NCBI GenBank assembly: GCA_965112735.1
Contig: OZ218956.1
Span: 2,790,001 to 2,854,000 of the forward strand
Reading direction: 5' to 3'
DNA from: Phaeosaccion multiseriatum
Lineage: Eukaryota > Protista > Ochrophyta, other classes
Length of the DNA stretch: 64,000 bases
In this document: positions 28,118 to 37,354 of the stretch, one piece after another
Position numbering within the stretch: position 1 is the stretch's first letter
Layout: the number at the start of each line of letters is the position of its first letter
Made by a program: the position numbers and the translations under genes
The notes under the pieces: generated by a model
The model's input: only the letters and a program-made list of their open reading frames with translations
Told to the model about the DNA's origin: nothing
Databases searched by the model: none

Positions 28118-28155
<38 letters not shown>

Positions 28156-30599
28156 TGCTGCTGTCCCTGTTGCACCACTAGTCCATGCTTAAATCTCTCA
28201 GCAAAAGAGTCCGGAATGTAACGCAAAAAGGCCTCTGCCAGCAGCTTGTAGTCATCCTCCCCAAACGACGGGTCCTCCAGGAGTGGCGCCAGCTCAATCT
28301 CCTTCTTGAGCCCCGACGAGGGGGCTCCCAATCCACCCCCGAGGGATGTCCCCCCTACTACTGATCCCATGGTGACCCTACCTTGCTCCGCCTCCACTTG
28401 GAGAGAGTCGGGAAGGCTATTCGGGGCTTCCAGGCGCACGCAGCCGTCGGAGAGTTTCTCGCCCCACTCTCTGTTGAAGTTGGGAGGTGTGTTCGAGGTC
28501 GAGTAAGGCAGCAGCAGCAGCAGCAGCCGCCGCCAACAGGAGGGGGAGCAGGAGGAGGAGGAGGAGGAGTAGGGAGGGAGGGAGGGATCGAGGGTTAGGC
28601 GGGGTAGATGGGAGGATGGATGGTGCACACACACACAGAGAGACAGAGAGAAAGAGACAGGCGGCGTAGGTATTGGAAGGAGAGCCAAGGCTGGAGGGGA
28701 ACAAAAAGTACTTTTGGGGGGGGGGGGTACTTTTGCTTCTGTGTTTCGTCACAGCACCGCACCCCAATCGCCACTGTACTCACCCCGCCCCACACAGATT
28801 GGCCGCCTCCCTGCTGAGCACGCAGTCCTTCTTGAGGCTCTTGTCGTGCGCCACCGCCAGCTGCGTGATGACGGGCCCACACACAAAGTGCCATCGCTTG
28901 GTGCAGTAAGAAGCGACGGTGTTGACACGTTGCCCGGCCATACCGGGCCCTTCCTTGCCTCCCCCTCCCCATGTAGTGCCGACTTCCACGGCGGTAGGAT
29001 TTCCCGCACCGATGGAGCCGTGCAATGTGAGTTTGAGGTCGATGCTCTCGCCGAACTTCTTCTGCTGCACGCTGTAAGGGGAGTGATCCTGCAGCATGGC
29101 GCGGGCGCAGTCCACGGCCACATGGGTAGCGAAAGCGATGCCCCTGGCCTCACACGCCCGGCACTCGCCGCAGCCTTCCAACAAGTGGTGTACATCAAAA
29201 CCAAAGTCGGCCCTCTCGGGGTGGCAGCAGGGTTCGTAATTGAGCAGCCGGTGGCCGTGTTTGGATTCACAGATGGCCGCAAAGACTCGCCCGCACCACT
29301 CATTCCTGGCAAGCTCCGCTACCGAAAAACTGACGAGCAAAGCGTCGCCGGCGAAGCACTCTACGTCCCCCCCTCGGTTGTAAATCTCCCCCAGCAGGTT
29401 TCCAAAGTATGAGTTGATAATGTTCCAAAACGCCTCAATACCGCTGTCCCCGAAGCGGGCGAACTTCTCCATGCTGGAGGTGAAGCCGCTCACATCCACA
29501 AACAGCACCGCCGCCGCCCCGGGGAACATGTGCACCCTCCCCTTTATCTTGCCGCCCTGCATCGGTCCCTGCCCCTGCCCTGGCCCTTGCATCTGCTGCG
29601 ATTGCTGCTGCATGACCAACTGCTGCTGTTGCCTGTGAAAGGCGTTCATAGGTGCTCCCCCCGGCATCAGTCCAGGCGTGGCACTCGGCCCCGCCCCCGT
29701 GCCGAGGGCAGCCGTGGAGCCAGCACAGGAAGACCTCACTGATGACCGTGCCGACACGGAGTCCTCCCCCCCCCCCGGCGACTCAGCGCGCGTAGGCGTC
29801 GAAGCGAAGCCTCCCACCCTTCCTGTCGTACTGGAGCTGGACAGGCCTGCTGTATGAGGAGGATGAAGAGAAGCGGTGTGGAAAAAGAGGAACCCATCAG
29901 TGAAAGGAAGTTGTGACAGAAGTTTTGGGGTGCGGGGCAAGGCTAGACACAATTTCGTTTTTTTAGTTTTAGTTTGCAGTCCCACATAGAGGAGTTCAGC
30001 CACTTGGAATGGTTTGCTTCCCTCTCTCTCTCTCTCTCTTGCACACCCCGCCTGCATCTGTATCCACATAGAAAGCTTACCGGCGTCATCGCCTGCCGTG
30101 GCAACAGCAGCAGCCCCTGCGGGCAGCTCAAAGCCATTTGCGCTGAGCAGTCTTGATACGACCCTCCTGGGCATGCACGCCGCGAGGCACTGCAGAGCGA
30201 TGGAGGGGGCCGTGAGCTCGAAGGTGAGGCTGAAGTCCTCTGCCCGGCTGCGGAGGGACGGCCTCATGCTGCGTGTCCTGTCCAAGCCGTGCGGTGCAGT
30301 GGCGCCGGTGGTGGCGGAGGAGGGGGAGGTGGAGGAGGCTGGCTCGAGCAGAGGGGCTGCAAGGCTCCGACGCTGTTGCGGAAGGCCCTCCGAGTCATCT
30401 TGATGTGGGGGCAAGAAGGGACGGGGCATTGGCGTTTGGAGTGTTCGCAGAGGGAGTGGGCAGGAACGTTTGGAGTGTTCGCAGAGGGAGTGAGCAGGAA
30501 CGACCGGAGGTGAGTCAGGGGAGCAGAAGAGCCTGTATATCCCCAGATTAGATCCCTGCTGCCCTCTTCACGTACGTACACACACGCGAGACACGCACA

Positions 30600-30673
<74 letters not shown>

Positions 30674-31251
30674 GTGCTGGGCGCCCCCGGAATGGTCAAC
30701 CCGCTGGAAATCTCCTGCTGGCTCACAGACCTCTCGATGCCGCGGGAGAGCTTCTTCAGCTTGCGGATCCGCTTGGTCGCCCAATGCGTCTTGGCCGGCT
30801 GAGCCGAAGAAGGATAGCCTGGTGCGGACTCTGACTGCCGCCGACTGAAAGCAGAGGAGAGGAAAGGGTCTTCCGGCCCGGCGACAGCAGCAGCACCAGT
30901 GGAATAAGATACTGTGGCCACCGTCGCCCGAGGGAACAGTCCGCCTGACATTCTATTCCCGTCCCCAGAGCCTGGTCCTGGTCCTGGTCCACCGCCACCC
31001 CCCCCCTCACCCTCCTTGGTCTCGCCGGCATTGATGGCGGCACCGCCATTATCCACCCTCACCACACCCGAGACGACGCCCTCCGATGACCCCAGAATGT
31101 CCCCTGTCGTGGACCTCCTTTCCTTCTTTCCGGTGGCATCCTTGACAACCGATGTGGATGACGACGCGATTCTTGACATCCTCCCCCCCGAGGCCTCTGG
31201 CACGTTGCTGGCATCATGTCCCTGAGCCTCTTTCGAATGTGCGCAACCCAT
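14387..31251 (-). CDS. Soluble adenylyl cyclase-like (ADCY10/sAC family) protein: class III cyclase C1+C2, STAND P-loop NTPase, winged helix, helical/TPR-like C-terminus
   Basis: C1 VLFVDVSGFT...GGDVECFAGDALL; C2 WLGELR, FINK|VMMDEKGLSLIFAFGTPG, EYALVGDTVNLAARL; LVGR and Walker A EADAGMGKT; Walker B VVAIDGLHYTD; CEGNPFFIREM; LKVASVVG and AYGMLLHSYRRKLH. About 15 exons with consistent splice phases. Stop is at 14387 if the 14496-14732 intron is spliced, otherwise at 14549. Confidence 0.92.
18469..20567. repeat. 49-bp minisatellite, about 43 near-identical copies, inside a cyclase intron
   Basis: Unit CTCCACCACCACACATCACCTTTCTACTCTGTCTGACAT(G/C)GCCTTGCTT; no spacers. Confidence 0.98.
26025..26712. 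repeat. Cyclase intron with an AG-rich higher-order repeat (26025-26490) and a 20-bp tandem repeat ATCGCCCCCCATCCAGTGCC x3.5 (26634-26712)
   Basis: Directly visible. Confidence 0.9.
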
Positions 31252-31591
31252 CTCCCTGGCCTCCTCTCCTGCTCTCCTCCTGCTGCTGCTGCCCCTGCGC
31301 TACCAGGAGGGCTCTTCCCGGGTGGATTGGGCTGTCCCACGGGCGCAAGTTCCTATCCTCTTCCTCTTCCCCTTTCCCTTCCTCTTCCAACCCGTCCACC
31401 CGCCTCTTTCATTCGATACAGTCATTCCCCATTGCAACAAAGAGGAGGGCTCTTCCTGCCGGGGGATGGCTTTTTCCGGACTCAAGTAGAAAGGCCTTTG
31501 GGGGAGTCGCGGAATCACAGGGGCAGATGGGGCAACGATTTTTCTCCTTTTTCCTCTGTCTCCTCGATCTCTCCCTCCCCCTCTTATTCTC

Positions 31592-31626
<35 letters not shown>

Positions 31627-31627
31627 A
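31252..31627. promoter_or_regulatory. Probable bidirectional promoter between the cyclase (-) and P4H-like (+) genes
   Basis: Divergent start codons about 375 bp apart; inferred from the arrangement only. Confidence 0.5.
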
Positions 31628-33646
31628 ATGCTTGGAGGAGGCCCCTTCTTCAGCGTCCTCGTCCTACTGTGTCAGACGAATGGCTCGGATGCTTTCCCTT
31701 TGAAGGCCTATGGAGCCCATGGCCGAGTAGGCAGAGGGAGAGCAGGCGATGAAGGAAGAGGAGGAGGAGGAGGAGGAGGAGGAGGGGGACGAGGAGGAGG
31801 AGAAGGGGAGGGCAGGGCGCGAGGCGGAGGAGGAACAATAGCAGCAGCAGCAGCAGCAGGAGGAGGAGGAGGAGTAGCCGCAGGAGAAGCAGCCGCTTCA
31901 GTAGCCGCTGCTGGAAGTGCAGGAGGAGAAGGCACTGCACTGTCACCCGACCCCTCCTCGCTGAGCTTCTACCAGACCTTCGGCAGTCGGGGCGCCACGA
32001 TCCTCAGCAAAGATCCACTTATTGTCCACATCAGAGGCTTTCTCAGCGAGGTTTCATGTAAGCAACTCATTAAGAGTGCCGAGCAGAGGGGGATGGAGGC
32101 GTCGACGGTGGTGGACGACATTGAGCAGGCAAGTCTATCTCTGAATGTCATGGGAGAGACTATCCGCTGGAGCCCCAAAACCCCCTCCACTCGCTCTCCC
32201 TCTCTCTCTCGCTCTCTCGCTCTCTCCTCATTCACTCGCTCTCTCTCTCTGTCTCTCTCCTCACTCACTCTCTCTCTCCCGTCTCCAACATGCAACCCCG
32301 CAGTGGGAGGGCAGGAGCAGCGCGACCTGCTGGCTGAAAGACGGCGGGGGAGGTGAGGAGGCTGACGGGGGGGCGGCCACCGCAGCGGTGATTGTGGCGC
32401 TGGACGAGAAGATCGCGCGACTGACCCGGCTTCCTCCCAGCCACCAAGAGAGCTGCCAGGTCATTCGGTATGGAGAGGGGCAGTCCTACGAAGAGGTGGG
32501 TCAGGGTACAGAGCAAATACGCCCCAGCGGCCCGGAACCGGCAACACGTCTCTGTCGCTCTCCGAGTCTTGTCAAAGAGCAACGACAACGAATTGATAGG
32601 CTTGCGTCCGCCATGTTGCTTCGGGTCTGGTGTGACTGACTGACTCACTGACATATGAGTATACGCATCCACCCACCCCCCGTCCTTCGATAGCACACGG
32701 ACCACCTCGACAGTTTCAACGAGTACGCCTGCGGAGGGAGGCTCTGCACGTGCCTCGTCTATCTCAGTTGAGTGCAACAACCTTATTAAACCTTATTAAA
32801 TCCCAGTCCTTGGGGCTCAGTCGCCTCTCCCAAGCTTCCTTCCGCCCCCAATGGCAACAACGCAACAACGTAGTTGAAGCTAGAACTGGGGGGGCGCTTT
32901 GAGGGAATGCTCACACGGAGCTGCCTCTCCTTTCCTCCCTCCCCTCTGTATCCTCTTCTCGGTGCATCCGCCCCGCTCCTGCAGACAGGTGAGAAGATAT
33001 GGAGAAGCGTGTGTGTGGGGATAGGCTTATGATTATATACGCGTATACCCCCCATGCCTCCCTTTCTTGTCCTTGCTTAACTTTTCTCCATTCGTCGCCC
33101 CTCTTCTCCTCCTCCTCTCCTCCTCCTCTCCTCCTCCTCCTCCTCCTCCTCCAACACCTCTGTTGTAACCGTAACCCTTCCTTCTCCCCAGCGGAGGGGG
33201 CTGTGACTTCTCAGGCGGTACGACTGCCTTTCCCCTGCTCCCCCACCAGCCCCCTGTGCCGATGGCTGGCGACGCCTTGTTTTGGTACAACGTCAAGCTG
33301 CCAGTGCAAGACCCGTCCTCCATGTCGGTGGAGCCGAGAAGCCTACACACGGGCACCCCAGTAAGCACGGGCATTAAGGTAGGGGGACCGGACTCATCCA
33401 CCTTGACATCATTTTCTAGTTTTGCTTCAATTCCCTTCCTTGCTTCTGCCGAAATGACCCACGCAACCCTTACCTCACTGCCTCACTACCTCACTGCCTC
33501 ACTGCCTCACTGCCCAGTACGCGTGCAACAAGTGGACGCACCCTTTGCCGTTCAAGACCGCACTACAGCCGCGGCCGGAGGCGGCACCGCAAGGCGAAGG
33601 ACAAGGCGAAGTCGAAGCCGAAGTCGAGGACGACGAAGGAGGATGA
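31628..33646 (+). CDS. Prolyl 4-hydroxylase alpha-like 2OG-Fe(II) dioxygenase with a possible N-terminal signal peptide
   Basis: LSKDPLIVHIRGFLSEVSC, RSSATCWL, ESCQVIRYGEGQSYEEHTD (HxD), GGRLCTCLVYLN, GGTTAFP, GDALFWYN, SLHTGTPV..GIKYACNKW. Exons 31628-32128, 32304-32495, 32694-32766, 32985-32988 (microexon), 33192-33378, 33518-33646. Confidence 0.9.
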
Positions 33647-33731
33647 TGAGACGAGACTCAACCGTTCAGGCTGAACCGGGGGGTGGATGATGAGACGAGA
33701 CTCAACCGTTCAGGCTGAACCGGGGGGTGGA
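33641..33731. repeat. 44-bp tandem duplication overlapping the P4H stop codon
   Basis: GGATGATGAGACGAGACTCAACCGTTCAGGCTGAACCGGGGGGT occurs twice in tandem. Confidence 0.9.
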
Positions 33732-34957
33732 CAGCCGCAGTCCCGAGTGAGTGAGTGGGTGAGGGAGTGAGCGGGTGATTGCTCCAGCGAGGGGGGTTGG
33801 GCCGGTGATAAACAGAGGCAACCACCGCGGTGATAAACAGAGGCAACCGCAGCAGAAAGAGCCGTTGTGGGACCGTGGCCAAGGAGATCGAGTACTCGTA
33901 CCGCGGGTGGCTTGTTGTAGAGGAGTAGCTGCCCCCCCCCCCCCCCTTGGAGAGCAAGGTGCGTTCACCTTCACAGCTGTAGCAGATAGAGATAGAGACA
34001 GACAGATAGATAGATAGAGAGAGACAAAGAGAGAGGTATGTAGAGGACTTTACACACCGTTGGGCGGGGAGGGTTAAGACAGCTACCTACCCACCATGGT
34101 TGCTGCTGCGGAGAGGGAGACTCTGAAGGCTTTGAGGGCCTTTATTGATGGCTGGATCCAGAGCTCAGCTCAGTCCGACTCGCTTCATTTGCGGATTGAG
34201 GGGGGGCTGGGGGGGAACGGGACGGACACACCTCCCCGGTGTTCCCCGGCCCTGAGCAAAGCGGAGCAGAACAGACCAGAGCAGGGCACCGACTGTGGAG
34301 ACAGGGGGGAGCCTCAGCAGCCTCACGGACCGGCTTGAACGGTGAAGGGACACTACCTACCGCACCCTCCCTTGTTCGCGACGACCTTCTGAGCGCTCTG
34401 TTGTAACGTACACGTTTATGTTATGTATCGTGTACCGTCGGGTGCATCCGTCGCGTTTCGCACCCAATTGAGCAGCAGCGCGGGTCAGATTGTTCTGTGG
34501 TTTCCATCCCTCCTCATCGCTTCCAAATAGAATTAAATAATAAAAAATGGTATCAGCGAGGGAGGGAGGACACAGCTTTACGGGGGTAGGTGTCAGTCTA
34601 GTAATAGTACGACTCTTAACACAGCGCATAAATCAACGTCATTTCCTCGATTGGTTGGGTGCGATGGGTCACCCGCGGAAAATTATTTCATCATCGATGG
34701 GCCTGCGTGAGCAACTCTAGCACCAAGCACAAGCATAGTGCGGCTCCTTGGTATGAAGGGAGGGGGGTGGACAGAGTCATTCCGTCCTCCCCTAGGGGGA
34801 GAGCGTCGTCGTCTGTTCAGTTTCAGTATTTTTGTTTCGACCTTTTGTCCATTTGGGCAGGCAGGTGTATATACTGTGTCACACCGTAGGTTCACGATCG
34901 CATTTCATGAAATAGACAAGAGTCAGCCTTGTCTCGGTAGTTTTGTCACACCACGCC

Positions 34958-36985
34958 TCACTTCTTCTTGCCCCACGCCGCTCGCTTGTCGGCCTTTTTG
35001 TTCAAAGCGCCTAGAGTGGCCTTCTTCTTCTTCTTCTTCTGCTTCCCTCCCCCCGCCTTGGCCCCGGAGCCAGCGCCAGTGGCACTCTTGCTCGACCTCC
35101 TCTTCCTTCCACCTCCCCCTTCCGCCCCACCCCCGCCTCCAGCACCAGCCCCTGCCTGCTTGCGTCCCTTCTTGGCCTTGCTTCCCTTGTCCCTACCCAG
35201 CACTCTTCTCGCCGCCCCTCTCTTCTCGATGGCCAGCCCTCCGTCCTTCCCTGCCGTAGGCGCCTCCTTGCCCTGACGTCCCTTTGTTCGCTTTCCACAC
35301 ACCATGACTCGTATGGTCCGCCCTCTCTTGGCTCCTTTGATGGTGATGACACTTTCGTGGAGCCGGAGAGCATCCGCCACACTCCCTCGGTCCCTGCATG
35401 AGCAAGAGTAGCGAGGAGTGATGGAAGGGTGTGGGGGGGGGGGGAGAGGATGCTTCAGCAAGGGGCAACGAACGAGTGCACAGGACTTGTCGTACAGTCA
35501 CTGTTACCTTTCCTACAAGCCTCTCTCTCCCTGCCTCTCCGTCTCTTGTCTCTCTGCGTGTGCGTGTGTCTATCCCTGCCCCTCTGCGCCTGCCCCCTTC
35601 CCACCCCCCCTCTCCCTTCGTACCTAAGCAGGAGATAGCCGAAGCCCTTGCCCAGCTGTGTCTCCTGATCTCTAATGAGCCGCACACCCTCGATGGCGGC
35701 GTCCCCCTCGGCGAGTTGGGCCGCAAAGTGCTGCCGGACTTCCTCCTCGGACGCGTCGAAGGGGAGCCCCCCCAGGAACACTGATCTGCTGGGGTCCGGC
35801 TCCGGGTTCTCCCTGTCCACGCGAATGTGCTTCCCCTCCACCTCTGTGCTGTTGAGCTTGAGGGCGTTCTCAACCGAGTCCCGGGCGGCAAAGCGAACGT
35901 AGGCATTGATACTGTCCTTGGTCTCGTCGTCCAGCAGTCCCTTCGTGCGAGAGGGGGAGAGGAAGTGAGATGGTTGGATGAGGGAGAGATTCCAGGTCAG
36001 TCGGCCAGTAGCGTCAGGGGTACGACACGAGACACCGAGCAGTTTGACACACGTGGGGGGGGGGGGGGTGGGGAGGCAAAAAGTTGATCCATGACAGAAT
36101 GATCAATCACTTCATGCATTGATCAATCGCTCAGGAGGTCGACCAATGCTCGCCTCTGATCTCCTCCTCCTTTCATTCACCACCACGTACCTTGTTGACG
36201 CACACCTTCCTGACCAAGTTTTGGTTCCCGTGGTCGCCCACCCTCGTGCCCTTGACCGCCACACTGCGCAGCCGCACCGTCTCCACCGTGCCGCACGGGC
36301 TGAAAAGGGCCTTGACCTGCCTCGGGTTGACGCTGCAAGGGAGATTGCCCACAAATACCGTCCTCTCCTCCATTCCCTTGCCGGGGCCCTTGTCTCCTCC
36401 TTCCTCTATCGCAGACAACCCGGTTTCCGTCTGGTCCTTCTTCCTGTCCTTCTTCTTCTTGTTCTTCTCCTCCTCCTGTTTTGTCTTCCCCTTCGTTGCC
36501 ACATCCGGACCCGGCTGAGGTATTGCGCCCTTTTCTGAGCCCCCCTCGGCCTCGTCGGTGTCCTCCTCCTCACTGCTATCTTGCCTCCCCCTCTGCTCCT
36601 CTCTCTCTTCGTCGGAATCCATCTCCATCTCCTCTTCTTCTTCCTCTTCCTCTTCATCTTCTTCTTCTTCACCATCATCATCATCCGCAGCTGCTGCACT
36701 CCTTCGCCTGGACGCCGCTGCTGCTTCCTCCTTGGCCGCGTCCGCCTTGGCAGCAGCCTCCTCTTCCCTCTTCCTCTTCTTCTTCTTGCCTTGCCCCATC
36801 CCCACTCTCGCCGCCACCTTCTCGGCCCACGCTAGATCTGCTGCCTTCGATGGCCTTTCTTTTCGCTTCAGAGTCTTCTCGCCGCTGAAGAGGGCGCCCG
36901 TCTCTCCCCCGCCTTCTCCGCTCCCTCCCCCGAAGAGGGAGGCCAGCTCCCCAACCGCGTAAGCCCCTCGCTTGGTCATTTCCAT
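34958..36985 (-). CDS. RBM34: RNA-binding protein 34 / Nop12 (two RRMs, ribosome biogenesis)
   Basis: ERTVFVGNLP...FSPCGTVETVRLRSVA, NAYVRF, HIRVD, RSVFLGGLPFD, VRLIRDQETQLGKGFGY; Lys-rich tail; three exons (approx. 36985-36191, 35941-35624, 35394-34958). Confidence 0.88.
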
Positions 36986-37354
36986 TGAAGGCTATGGCCG
37001 GGCCGTGCATCGATTTGTTGACTTATTTTGTTGACTTACGTTTTGCCTACTGTTATAGTATACATATGTGCTTACGTATTTTTTTTTTTTTGAATTAAAC
37101 CGAAACGCCTCTTCGATTCTTCTGACCCCCTAAAGTTTCCAGAGCTTCCTGTGCGCTCTCTCGTCACGACCGCCAAAAACAAAACAAAAACATATTTCAC
37201 CCGTAGGGCCGGGTGCTGCCTGCTGACGACAACCGTCAGGAAGACGGAAGAAGAGAGAAGGAGTTAAAGTTGCAATAGGAGGGGAGTGTGTTGTGTGTCG
37301 CCAACCACACAAACACTAGTGGCACCAGTGAACAAAGTCCAAGGCACGGAAGAC

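Noticed and set aside
32767-33191. Non-canonical TT-AG intron or frameshifted P4H pseudogene
   Set aside because: A 4-nt microexon with canonical GT-AG on both sides restores the frame and the YLN motif.
33775-34629. Small gene between P4H and RBM34
   Set aside because: Only short ORFs with no recognisable motif or convincing splice chain.
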